Shown here: piece by piece, positions 29,601 through 43,120 of the stretch
Layout of the letters: each line of letters begins with the position of its first letter
Position numbering within the stretch: position 1 is the stretch's first letter
DNA from: the human T2T-CHM13v2.0 reference genome, Homo sapiens
DNA length: 64,000 bases
Assembly: GCF_009914755.1 (NCBI RefSeq)
Contig: NC_060937.1
Strand: one strand, 5' to 3'
Notes under the pieces: generated by a model
What the model saw: only the letters and a program-made list of their open reading frames with translations
The model's database searches: none
Told to the model about the DNA's origin: nothing
Position numbers and translations under genes: made by a program

Positions 29601-32600
29601 GCAATGGCAAACAAAATAGCCATACTCTGTTTTGGAGCTCTAGCATGTCCTCTAGCAAGCCCTAAGAAATAGCATATTGTCCATGGATAAGGCCTCCTTG
29701 CTGCAGAAAATGGCAGTGATGGAGAATAACTGCTTTGAGTTCTCAATGAACTGCAAGTTCATTGAGATTTTCTCACTTTTGTCTTGGCCAGGGTTGGCCT
29801 AAACCATGAATATCTTACCTTCCTATGTGATTTGGGTAGTATCAGGAAGTCTTATCTGCTTGCGCATATTCACCCAACCAAGTGCCTGGAAGTCTACCAC
29901 CTGAGATTAGTTTATCTCAGATTAAGTATGAAGCTTGCAGTACAGTGTTTAGTAACTAGCAGGCACTCAATGCTTCACTGCAATTGTTATAAACATCATC
30001 TCTGGTGGTAGATCCTAACTGAGAATATTTGGAGGAGCTTGGGAGGACTTTTTGGTTATTACAATGCAGAAGGATGTGATGGGGCAAACAGGGAGAAGAG
30101 AGGTAGGCAGGGTTACTAAATATCGTGCAGAAGGAGGGATTGTCTTATATAAGCATGAATTTTTCTGCTCCAAGCTGCAAACTTTTCTTTTATAATGTAT
30201 ATTACATCAAGAGAAAAATCTGATTTATCACTATCATCTTAGTGTACATTTATCTGATTTGTCTTCTTGACAAACTAAGAAACCTATATGCCATGCAAAG
30301 CCTGTGTGTCTGTGTGGGTAGGGAAAATGTCAAAACTCAGCCTGGCCTAATTTATGAACACAAATATATTAGGGGTAGGTGGGGAGCAGGTGAAAATGGA
30401 ATTAAGTCAGCGCGTCTTTTGCAAAATCAGATTTTCTGTTTTTTTCTGAAACCCCAGTCCCTCACACGTGTTTGTGTGTAGATACAACTTCAGGATACTG
30501 AAAAATAAACAGAAACATAGAAGCTGGGTGATCTTTAAAAGAAGGCAGTGTAACCTTGGGATACTTTCAGTCGAATCTGACTTCTACATGTGAAGGAAAA
30601 AGGTGGCAGGTGGGCCACTAGACGAAATGGGTATTTCAGGATATATAGAAGCCAGATGGAAATTTATCCTGCTCTGTCGCTGAACTCATTATAGCAGCTA
30701 CAATGGCGTTCATTGAGCCCATCCCCAACAATAGCATTGATTTGCTCTGTCTAGTGGGCCCTGATGAAGCCCACATGCTCCACAGACAATGCTTCCCTTC
30801 CTATGCGTGGCATTTCCTGAGGAGCACAGAGAATGCTCCCTTTGTTCTTCTCCAGGTTTTTTATTAGCACCTGCCCAGGTCTGTGCCTCTCACTGCACCT
30901 GTGAGTTAGTGATCTCAGTGTAAGTCTTGTCCCCTGAGATTGTGATGACAGGAGAGTTCAGGTGAACCACAGCCTTTCCCTGGAGCTCTGACAATAACAG
31001 ATCTTGAGAATTGACCTGTATTACTCTCCTCTCAAAGGCCCCTTGTGATCGCTTAAACATAAGTATGTGGAAAAAAAAATCCTAATAAGATATGGTATAT
31101 CTGGGAAATGACATTAGCAGCCTTCTGTAATGAGCATGCTGTAATCAGCCACAAGCAGAGGAACTGGTGTGTTATCAGGAATTAGAAGATATTTAAAATA
31201 GGCTCCTGGGTCAAAGGCACACAAGTTTGTGGGGAATCAATAAGCGTTTTCAAAACCGGTACAAGTAAAGGTCTTTTTCAGTGTGACATTTTCTGAGCTT
31301 AGATCCAGAATGTTCTATCAGTAGAATAATGTTATAACTGCCTAGTAATTTCTGTAAAATAAGTATATACTCCGATTATAATTGCTACAATGTGAGGGCT
31401 GAATTCTGCACTGATAACACTCTAAAAATGAACTCTAAATTATAGCCTCACTTAAAAGGTAAACGACACACCAATTCTCATTGTGGAGACTAAAAACAAA
31501 ACTCCCTCTGCAATCCGGGTCCCTCCCTGGTGATGTGGTTCTTAGGACTCCTGGACACACCTCTTGGAAGCAATATCTACTTTCTCCATCACTTCCTTAC
31601 TCCTAACCTTGCTCCTACTCACTTCTTCCCTTGCACATATGGGATGCCATCCTGATGAAAGGGAAAAGTGGAGCATTGACTTATCCAGTGACTATTCCAG
31701 GTGTGGACTCTGGTTGAGGGAAGAAAACAGGTGGATTATATTTCTAAGGACAAGGTCTTGGAGAGATGAGGTCTCCCAGCGATGAGGTCACTTGAAGGCC
31801 CCTCCACCACTGCAACTTAGTCCTGAGCACGGTTTTAGCCCCATGGCTACCAATGCAAAGACTGTTGAAAGGGCAGGATGGTTGTTCCACAGCAGGGAGG
31901 TAATGGCATAATAACTAATCCGATAGCTAAATAAGTTGCATTCCTCCCTCCTTTCTGTTTCTTTTAATAAGCATTTAAAGTGCTAAGCACTGTACTAGAT
32001 TCTAGAGATGCAAGACTGAGAAAGTCACATTCCTAGCTAAGGGGTAATTTCTGCCTGTCAGAAATCACAAGCATGTGAAAAATTACTGTAGTGAGATTTA
32101 GGTTAATACACAGCTAGGAGGTCATTTTTATCCATAATCATTGGTATCAGGAAAAGTCCACATGAAGAGAACTTACAAGGTGATCAACATTTGGGGGTAA
32201 GTAGGAAGAAAGGTTGGATTAAAACTTTATTCTGAAAAACTACCCACAAAAATGAAAAATAAATCTGTATTTCCTATATTTAACAAAAATTCAGTAAAAA
32301 TTGCATTTATACACTAATTCAAATAATGGGCAGAGATAAAACAAGGGTTGATCTTGGAGGTGGTTTGAATATTTTCCTTCAAATTGTTTGATGACCCTGC
32401 ATATTGTCTTTCCACTGCATGTTTGACTTTCTCATCTCATGATGGAAAATGGCTCAGTTTGCAGAAATAGCGGAGGGCTTAATCAATGTTTTCAAAATAT
32501 TTTCTTAATTTTGTGGTACTGAAGCCATTTTCTTTTGGAAACTCACTGATCTGTTTATACAGAGAATAAACTGCAACATATCTAGAAGTCTAGCCAGTGC

Positions 32601-33468
32601 ATATACAGCCTTTTAATCAATCCATATTTGTTTAGCTCAGTACTTTACTATCTGCTCTGCCTCATCTTAAGTTCTGGGAATCTCAGAGGCCCTATAGGAG
32701 CAAATCAGACAATTCTTCTAGTCTCCTACAGCACTTGAGCTTTCTTCTAAGTTCTTTCTACTCCTATTTTGCCTTTCCTTCTTCCAAAAATCTGTTGATA
32801 TTTCTCACCTGCTATGTCTCTGGTTATTTTGGTTTGTACTTAAATCTTTTTCTCTACATTTATTTAAGTGAAATCTTGTGAAGGAAGGGAGACAATTATA
32901 TGGGCTGGTTTGCCATGTTTAATCAGGAGCCTCTGCAGATTTGGATGTTGACAAGATCACACTTGTAGCAACGTGGAACAGAAATAGAGAAGGCAAAACA
33001 AAGGCAGAGGGAGCGTTTGGGAGGCTCCCCCTGCTCCCGTTCACAGTGAGCTGCTGGAGCACACACGCTGCATTCAATGCCTCTGCATTTCCCATCTGGT
33101 CATTTTTCAACTCACTTCAGTCTGGCTTCTGTCACCATCTGTCCTATTGAATCTGCCATGGTCAAATTTACCGGTAACTTCCTGGTTGCTCAGTAGAGTA
33201 GACAACTATTAGTCTTTATCTCAGTTGGCTCACTGTCCACCTTTTCTTTGGATTCTCTCCCTTTTGGGTTTTTATGCTTTCTCTCCACTTTAATTTTTGT
33301 TGTTGTTGTTGAATCTTTCACACCCCTGCTCCCTGTATCCTTTTCTATCATTAAATGTTGAAGTGATCTAATGTTCTACCATTTGCCAACTTATATTACA
33401 CTCTCCACTCTCCTTTGATTTATTTTCAGCCCATTTTCCTTTCCTAGGGTAGAGATTGTTTTTGTATC

Positions 33469-33505
33469 CACACACACACACATGCACACACACACACACA
33501 CACAC
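33469..33505 (+). repeat. (CA)n microsatellite
   Basis: CA run with one TG interruption. Confidence 0.95.
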
Positions 33506-33905
33506 CTCTACTAAGACATCATTTTGATTTTCCACAGGCACATCAAACTCAGTACATTCAAAACTAAAAACTAAGCTTATTTCCTCACCTGATTTGCTTT
33601 TCCTTCTTTATTCCCCGTTATCGTAAGTGATCTCCCCATCTCCTGTGCTTTCTATTCTCTCATCCCTCACAAATTCATTAAATTTTGTTGCTTTTTCCTC
33701 CCTAAATCTCTCAAACGTTTTTCACTCTTCTTTAATCCTAAAGCCAAGGCCTTAGTTCAGGTCCATGTCACATCCCTACCTAATTCATGTGACAGACCTA
33801 ACTTATTCAACTGCCTTCATTCTACCTCCACTCCAATAATTTCCCTATAGTTCACAATGCCACAAAAGTTTCATGAAACATGTCTAATCACATCACTCTT
33901 GTTTT

Positions 33906-34461
33906 GTCTTGGTTATCCAAGACAACTTGTTACACACAAAAGAATCCCAAAACTTAGTTACTTAACACAATAAGAAACATTTACTAATCTCATTGTTTTC
34001 ATGCATCAGGACTTTGGGCGTTGCTTAGCTGGGTATTTCTGGCTAAAGGTCTTTTACGAGATTGCAATGAAGCTGTCACGTGGGGCTGCAGTCATCTAAC
34101 GGCTTGAATGGAGCTGGAAAATCCACCTCCAAGGTGGCTCCCTCCTGTAGCTGGCGACTTGATGCTGGCTATTGAAGGAGGCCTTTGTTCCTCACCACAT
34201 GGTCCTCTCTTAGCCTGCTTGAGTGTTCTCACAGCATGGCACTGGCTTTCTCTGCAGCGAGCACCCAGGAGAGAAAGAGCCATGCCGAAGCCAACCTTTT
34301 TATGACTTAGCCTCAGAAGTCACGTAGCATCACTTTGTGCCACATTCTGTTCGTTAGAAGTGAGTCATTAAGTTTGGTTCACATTCAAGGGTTGGGGAAT
34401 TAGGAACCACCTTTGGAGGACTGTGAAAAAATTCACTGACATATTTTAAGACCATCCCACA
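33906..34461 (-). mobile_element. MLT1F-like MaLR solo LTR
   Basis: 'cccaaaacttagttacttaacacaa', 'ggggctgcagtcatct', 'ttttatgacttagcctcagaagtcac', end 'attttaagaccatcccaca'. Confidence 0.88.
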
Positions 34462-36938
34462 TTCTAAAAATCTTTCAATGTCTTTTACAATATTCCTACC
34501 ACTTTCTTTATTTCCTTATCCTTCAGCTCTGCAAAACTGCTCACAGTTGTATAAACTTGCTGTGATTTTTTTCTGTGCCTATGCCTTGTACATACCATCC
34601 CCTTTGCTTGGAATATCTTTTTTACTTCTTTACCAAGCTAACTTCTACTCATCCTTCAAAATCCTAACGTAAACGTAAACCCCGGCATAAATATTTTCAA
34701 ATATTTCCTGATTCTGCACCCCCACTGCTTGTTTTCTACCAATTAGACTTAATAGAGAGCACACCTTTTTTTCCACTTATTTGAATATTTCTTTTTAGCC
34801 AGATCTATAAGGTTGGGCTAGTATCTTTCAGCTCTATATCGTCATTGCTTAGTACAGTTTCTGCCACATTTGTAGATACTGAGAATTTATAAAACAAAGA
34901 TGTGAGTTCATTAATATTAGTGCCTAGCCCCCACAAAAGCTCAGCAAATGAACAAAATAAATACTAAGGACTTTAACCAAGTCAGTGATAGTAGGTATGA
35001 GAGAGGAGGAAGAATTTAAGAAAAATGCAGTGACTGGATCCAGGAAGAGAGAGAGAGAAGAAAGAATCAGGATGATTCAGTGGTATCTAATTGAGCTATT
35101 AAGTTAATTAAAAAATAAGAGTCAATTACAGGGGAGAGATGATCATGAATTCAGTCTGAAGATGCAGGTTTTAGAATTCCTGTTATTCTTCTAGAGAATT
35201 TCCTCAGAGGCCTTAGAAAAAGGGTCTGAAAGTCAGGAGAAAGATTACACCAGAGATAAATGTGAGAAACACTATCTATACCTCCCTCATTACTTTCATT
35301 GTCCTGTATATAGAAAGGACCATAAAAGGTGGGAAAAATATTGTCAAGGAAAGAGATAGAATAAATTACCTTCCTTAAGGTTACAAAGGTAGGGCAAAAG
35401 TTGATATGGTTGACTATTGCCTTCCACCCGTGGGGTCACTCATGCCAGATATTCTGGCCAACTCTAGGCACCCTTCTCCCCAGCATTGTTCATGAACTAC
35501 TGAGGCAAATTACCAGCCACTCCCTACTCTAATGTAGTGTGGATCAGAGATTGTTACAATTTTCAACTGCTATGTCTATGTGCTGAAGCTCAATTCAATT
35601 TTATTCATAATTCTATGGCACCACTTAGAATTGTTGTTGATAAACCAATCAGTATGTTGGCTTGCCTAGATTCTAAATGCATCTTAAGTTATGTATTATT
35701 AATCTAAAAATTAAAATGTTAGTTTTTTCAACCTGAGAAATAAAACTATTCTCTAGAAGTAATTGAAGTTACTTTTTCTATAATCAATAACCTCTTCAAT
35801 TAGCATAAATATAGGTAAAAGAGAAGAATGGGTTTCTAAGTTATGCATTTTTGAAAATTAGTCGTTTTCAGCCATCATCTCATGAATAATTAGGGTAATT
35901 CGCAAGCCAATTTTAGGAGAAAATGACTTTTTAAGGCAATTCATTTTTTTTTCCACTCAGTATTTTTTTCCAAACCTTGTTTGTTTTTTAAACTTGGAAT
36001 GCATTTGAGAAAGTTTTCAGATTCTATTTCCCTCTGAAGAGCCTCTCTGCAGAACCTCGAAGAGAGATCAGCCTTTGAATCATCTCAGCAGTTGTAAAAG
36101 GAGTCAGCCATGTAAGCCAGAATGAGTCATATCAAAGCACCTTTGATCATTTTATTAGCTATTCACTCTTTCAAGAGCTAGGACAGGAGATTATAATAGA
36201 TGTCTTGCTTTCAATGTGTGCTTCTTCTGCCATTACTTCTCAGCTGCCAGTAGAGAGGGCTGAAAGCAGATGGCAGCCAGGAGAAGTTTGTCTCCAGCTT
36301 CATGTGGAGCATTTCAACTACAGAGTGGCTTTAGGCAAGCAGGGGTGTTTCTGTCTATGTCTCTGTCTGACCTCCTCAGTCCATGCCTCATGGAAGAAGC
36401 AGCTCTACAGCACATATCCCAGTGAGTTATGTGTTCTCATAAAAACATACTGCAATTCACAAAGCTATCAACTCTTAGTCATGAAACAAAAATACCTGTC
36501 AAGAGTTTTATTTTAACGTGTTAATGACACCACAAATAGAGGACAATGCCATCATTTCAGGGGACAGTTTTACACAGCAGGCCTCTTCCAGAGCATTCAG
36601 GATACTGCAGGATGCTTCTGGTACTAATTAGAGAAGCTTCTTTGTGGACACCATAAATCAGTTGTCACCAGAGTACTGTATGCAGGGAAGCTTTGCATCT
36701 ATTAGCACAGAGGCCAAACCCTATGACCATTACCACTGACCAATAGTTCCTGGACACGGCTCATTGCTCAGCAGATAACTTTATATTGTCCTCATAGTCC
36801 CGAGATGATAGAATGGCTTATTAGGTACCATTTTGCCTGTTGCACTCACAGACACACCCTCCAGTGCTCAAGGCCCTGGGATAAATTTGGAAAGTAATTC
36901 ACACGAAAATATAATCTATTATTGCACCAAATACCTGA

Positions 36939-37402
<464 letters not shown>

Positions 37403-37467
37403 ACAGCTTCTCTTTTTTAGGGACCATTTCTCAGCAGGAATGTCAGCAATGGACGTGGCATTAGGCG

Positions 37468-37644
37468 TTATTATGGGCTGAATTTTGTCCCCCTAAAATT
37501 CAAATGCTGAAGCCCAGACTCTCAGTACCTCAGAATGTGACTGCATTTGGAGAAATAATTGTTTAAAAGGTGATTAAGTTAAAGCGAGGTCATTAGAATT
37601 CTAATCCGGTATGACTCATGTCCTTATAGAAGAGGGGATTAAGG
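37468..37644 (+). mobile_element. MLT1B-like LTR, 5' half only
   Basis: 'tatgggctgaattttgtccccctaaaattc...cagtacctcagaatgtgactgcatttggaga...gtccttatagaagagg'. Confidence 0.85.
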
Positions 37645-37977
37645 CATAGGATTTAAATATTTTCCATTCAAAGTTAGTGCATAGTAACAGCAATATGATT
37701 GCTTATAAGCAGTGTTCCTTTTTTGGGAAAGGTGTATTTAACATTCCATGTTAAGGATGTAATAGTCAAGGGGTCTTTTACCTCAGCCAAGATGTCTTTT
37801 ATCTCAGATACAATCTGGTCTGAGACAGAAACAAGAAAATAAGGAAAGAAGTTAATCTATAACAAAAGGTCAGTAACTAAGAGGTCATGCTCCATGACTT
37901 GGTCTTCAAAGTCAACCTCGCTTAGGGCCTAACAACTTTTAGAAGCCCCAAATAGACAGAAAATCCACTTTCCTTCA
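37645..37977 (-). mobile_element. ERV 3' LTR, truncated (R/U5 missing)
   Basis: Aligns to ~49710-50020; starts TGAAGGAAAG on minus, immediately after the PPT. Confidence 0.92.
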
Positions 37978-37995
37978 TATTTCCCCCTTTTCTTC
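37978..37995 (-). other. Polypurine tract
   Basis: Minus strand gaagaaaagggggaaata directly upstream of the 3' LTR TG. Confidence 0.9.
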
Positions 37996-38204
37996 AAGAT
38001 CTTTTGAAGAAACATTGCAGAAAAATCATTTTGTTTAGAGAAGTGGTTAAATCCTGCATTCCTAGGAAGGCTCATTCCTATAGAGTCATGTCCAGTGGAG
38101 GAGGGAAATGTTTAATTTGTAAGATGGAAATGTGTAAGGTGGAATTATAAGGCAACAGGAGGAAAGTAACTTGGTCTGGTTCAGGTGACATGACCATATT
38201 TTTA

Positions 38205-39375
38205 ACTAAATACAATTTTCTGAGCAGTCATTCTTCTAGTTTTAGTCATTGATCATAGGCAAGCTGAAATACAAATCGCGAGTAATTTGATAACTAGGAA
38301 AATGACAATTGTGCTTATGATTATGATAATAACTACTCAAAGAACAGGATGAAATAGAGAACTTAGCCCCAAGCGTAACCAACTAAACATATCATTTAGA
38401 GGATCAGTTTTTCTTAAGTCTCGTAACTCTTTAGACTTTTAAGTTTTTCTTTCTAATTGAGTCTCTACTTCCCCCAGAGGTGTTGATATAAGTACGTTAA
38501 GTGCTGTGTTGCTACTCCACAGACTCCTCCTTTTTCAGCCAATAAATAGTCAGAGGCAATTCTGTTATTTAGTACCACCTGGGCTAAGGAATCCAAAGGT
38601 TTTTGTTGAGTTGCAGTGCTTGTTGCAGTGTCTTCAGCTATCTGACCAATAGTGGTTGATAGGTTTGGACTCAGATATTTAATATAAACTCTAGCATTTG
38701 GGATTAGTCCCAAAATGCTTTGCTCTGAGATATCATCATATCCTGCTAACATAGTCCTGTTAGCTCTGAATGGAGGGAGAAAGGGAGTTCATCTGTATTT
38801 CTATGTAAGGATATGGGAGTTACGAAATGACCTAACAAAGATATACCCTCTATTTACCAACTATTGAGGCAATGATGTGCCCAACATTGGGTAGGCAAAT
38901 CAGTCCCAATGCCACATACAAACACATAACCTGGGGGAACACAAGTAATTCCTCTGGGGGTATGTTCATTAATGGCCTCATTAACAGGAAGGGTAGAGAG
39001 CACCAGATCAAATCAGAAATTTCGTTTTTTGCATTATTTGCCAGAACCCACTTGTATAATGTGAAATGAAAGAGAGATGTTAGGGCCGGGTGCGATGGCT
39101 TATGCCTGTAATCCCAGCACTTTGGGAGGCCGAGGCGGGCAGATCACGAGGTCAGGAGATTGAGACCATCCTGGCTAACATGGTGAAACCCCATCTCTAC
39201 TAAAAATACAAAAATACAAAAAAAATTAGCCAGGTATGGTAGCGGGTACCTGTAGTCCCAGCTACTTGGGAGTCTGAGGCAGGGGAATCGACTGAACCCA
39301 GGAGGCGGAGGTTGCAGTGAGCCGAGACTCGCACCACTGCACTCCAGCCTGGGCCACAGAGCAAGACTCCATCTC

Positions 39376-39408
<33 letters not shown>

Positions 39409-39722
39409 AACAAAAAAGCAGAAAGAGATGTTGGCAGAGGAGGGATTCATTTTTTCAGCAATGCATTTCTTTCTCTTTTTTTTTTTGTAATGGCATTAGA
39501 TGTATCTGAAATATGTAATGGCATTAGATGTATCTGGAAAACTAGTGACAAATTTTGCTAATGACATATATTGGTCATGAATAGGTCCAGGAATCATACA
39601 GCAGATCCAACAGTTCAATTTCCTCCAGTGGCAACAATTTGGGAAAGTTTAATCAAAGTGTTATCATGCCATTCCATGCATCGAGATAAAGGAATAACCA
39701 CAAAGAAAAAAATAAAATTAAT
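38205..39722 (-). pseudogene. env: ERV env (gamma-type), disrupted and split by an Alu
   Basis: Signal-like INFIFFFVVIPLS, WHDNTLIKLSQ, CWIC (39601-39612), immunosuppressive domain LDSLAQVVLNNRIASDYLLAEKGGVC, hydrophobic TM VVIIIIISTIVIFLVI. Confidence 0.92.
39084..39420 (+). mobile_element. Alu (AluSc8/Y-like) inserted in env
   Basis: Full dimer with long A tail; TSD ~agagatgtt(a/g)g. Confidence 0.95.
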
Positions 39723-41988
39723 TCTTTTCTAGTTGAACTACCCCTGCTAAGTACTAAAACAGTAATTATCTCAACAGACTAGAATGGGCAGCTTCCTATG
39801 TCACATAAAATAATAACAATTAATGAAATTTCTGCAGCAATGATGATAATGGTTGCTAGTAGATAAGTGTAAGTGTTCATTTAGATACAGGTCTGGTCTG
39901 GCATCTTCGGAGTGTTGTCTACCTCAGATACCTTTTTTTTTCTTAGCCTGGCATCAGTGTTAGTCAAAGACCACCTTCCAGTCCATTCATGAGGCTCAAC
40001 CTTCTTTAAATGAGACATGTGGATCCATGAGTCTATGCTTTCAAACTTTGTAGCAAAGGGTTAGTAAGAAGTACCTGATAGGAACCTTTCCACTTCTATT
40101 GAAGGGAATTCTTTAGAAGATGTCATTTCTAGTAGACAAAATATTTTGGCTGAAGACCATGGGTTTGAGGTTCTTTTTTGGGGGGGAGTTCACAATAAAA
40201 ATAATCTTTTGCCAAATTGTATTTTTTTACTTAGTTGTTTCATAAGGCCATTATGGTAATAGAATATATCTCCTTTTAGCATTATGAATTCATAGATAGT
40301 TTCATAAGTCTGTTATCTCAATTGGAGAAAACTGATGTCTGCTATAAAAGGGATGGGTCCTAGGTTAAGCAAAACCAATTAATGAAATTTTAGCCAAGGA
40401 ATTTTAAAAGCCTTGATTAAGTTTGCCAATTGAGTTTTGATTATTCTGTTTGTGCATTCTTCTAACCTGGATTTGCACCATGGAAATGTTGAAGAATTGG
40501 CCAAATATTACATATTGATTGGATAATATGTCCAGTGAAATGAGTACCTCTGTTACTGTGAAGTTCTAAAGGGGCTCCCCAAGTCAGAGTAATTTTTTTT
40601 CCAGGAGAATTTTACCTAGTACTAAAGCCATTGCTCTTCTGCACAGAAATGCTTCTACCCAATGAGAAAATGTACAAACTATCACTAGAACGTATTTGTA
40701 TTCTTGTGATGGGTTTATCTGAATAAAATACAATGACCACACTTCAAAGGGGACTTCAGGTAAAGGAAAACGTCCTTGAGAACACTGTGTAGATTTCCCT
40801 GGAGTATATTTTGGGCAGATATGGCAGCAACTATATGCCTTATAAGCTATAGTCAGAGAAGGTTTCCAATAATACTGTTTTACCCAAGCAACCACTGTAT
40901 AAAGGCTCCCGTCAGTTAAATCATGCACATATGTTAAAAATGATTACTGTAATTTAGTAGGAATTATATGCAAGTCATTTGGCCCATAATATATTTCATC
41001 CACAGGGGAGTATGTTTCCCTTTTGTTTTCTAATGTTCCTATTCTGTTTTTGGAGCTCTGGATTGACAGCCTTCTTTAAAAGTTAATATGGATTGCTTTT
41101 CTTGCCTGGATATATTGAGAGCAGCCCTCTTTGCTACCTTATGAGCTAGCTGATGTCTTTTGTTTTCTGGTGTATCTGATTTGGAATTACCTGGGATTTT
41201 AATAATTGCTAGTGATTTTGGTAATAATATGGCTTCTAATAATTGCGAGATAAAGTGTCCATTTTTAATGGACTGACCAGAAGAGGTTGGGAATACTGTT
41301 TGTTTCCATAACATTCCAAAGTCATGAGCTACTCCAAGGCATATCGACTGTCTGTATGAATATTAGCAGTTATTCCTTTTACCAATTGACAAGCTCTAAT
41401 TAATGCTTCAATCCTGCTTGTAGAACTGATGTTGTTTTTAGAAGATAAGCACTTTCTATTTCTTCAGCACTATAGGACACTATAGCATAATTTGCATGAC
41501 AAATTTCAGGTAGAAGAGTAACAGGATTTAGATTATAGCACTTAGGGACTGTAATATGAGGTACAAATAGAAGTAGGACTTCAGAAGAGGCCAGCCTGCT
41601 CACTGAATAATACTGAATATGGTGTAAATTTAGAAGTGCTTCCAAAAAATGTGGAACAAAGACAAGGCAGATGCTATAATTATTTCTTCAGTTGCTTTTA
41701 CCAGCAGGGTGGTCTTTGTTATCACTCTTATGTAAGGTAGTCCTCCAACCACTGTATCCAATTGCTGACTATAATATCCTATAGGTCTATTTTGACCCCC
41801 ATGTTTTAGGGTCAGAATGCCTAGGGCATGTCCTTAATTTCATATACAAAAAGTGCAAAGAGAATATTATAATTTGAATGTCCTAAGGCCAGGACATCTA
41901 TAAGATCCCTTTTAATTGCTTCTAATGTTAACTGATCTTCCTCTGCCCATTCCAGAGTCTGGCTTGTCTTGTTTTAAAAGTGTGTATA

Positions 41989-42288
<300 letters not shown>

Positions 42289-42301
42289 AAAAGTGTGTAT
42301 A

Positions 42302-43120
42302 ATCCTTTGGGTATATACCCAGTAATGGGATGGCTGGGTCAAATGGTATTTCTAGTTCTGGATCCCTGAGGAATTGCCACACTGTCTTCCACAATGGTTG
42401 AACTAGTTTACAGTCCCACCAACAGGGTAAAAGTGTTCCCGTTTCTCCACATCCTCTCCAGCACCTGTGGTTTCCTGACTTTTTAATGATCGCCATTCTA
42501 ACTGGTGTGAGATGGTATCTCATTGTGGTTTTGATTTGCATTTCTCTGATGGCCAGTGATGATGAGCATTTTTTCATGCGTCTGTTGGCTGCATAAATGT
42601 CTTCTTTTGAGAAGTGTCTGTTTATAAATCATGCTGCTATAAAGACACATGCACACATATGTTTATTGTGGCACTATTCACAATAGCAAAGACTTGGAAC
42701 CAACCCAAATGTCCATCAGTGATAGACTGGATAAAGAAAATGTGGCACATATACACCATGGAATACTATGCAGCCATAAAAAACGATGAGTTCATGTCCT
42801 TTGTAGGGACATGGATGAAGCTGGAAACCATCATTCTCAGCAAACTATCACAAGGACAAAAAACCAAACACTGCATGTTCTCACTCATAGGTGGGAATTG
42901 AACAATGAGAACACTTGGACACATGAAGGGGAACATCACACACCGGTGCCTGTCGTGGGGTGGGAGGAAGGGGGAGGGATAGCATTAGGAGATATACCTA
43001 ATGTAAATGACGAGTTAATGGGTGCAGCACACCAACATGGCACATGTATACATATATAACAAACCTGCACATTGTGCACATGTACCCTAGAACTTAAAGT
43101 ATAATAATAAAAAAATAATA
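42302..43120 (+). mobile_element. 5'-truncated, 5'-inverted L1PA3/4-like element
   Basis: 42302-42621 antisense L1; 42622-43120 sense 3' end with A-rich tail; TSD aaaag(t/a)gtgtataa. Confidence 0.95.

Larger units (their letters stand above)
33090..34900 (+). mobile_element. L2 element split by an MLT1F LTR and a (CA)n
   Basis: 'tcagtctggcttctgtcacca', 'cacaggcacatcaaactcag', 'ctaacttctactcatccttcaa', 'gcttagtacagtttctgccacatttgtag'. Confidence 0.75.

Noticed and set aside
38465-38752. Co-opted syncytin- or suppressyn-like Env
   Set aside because: Env is broken by an Alu, frameshifts and stops; the CX6CC motif and furin site are degenerate.
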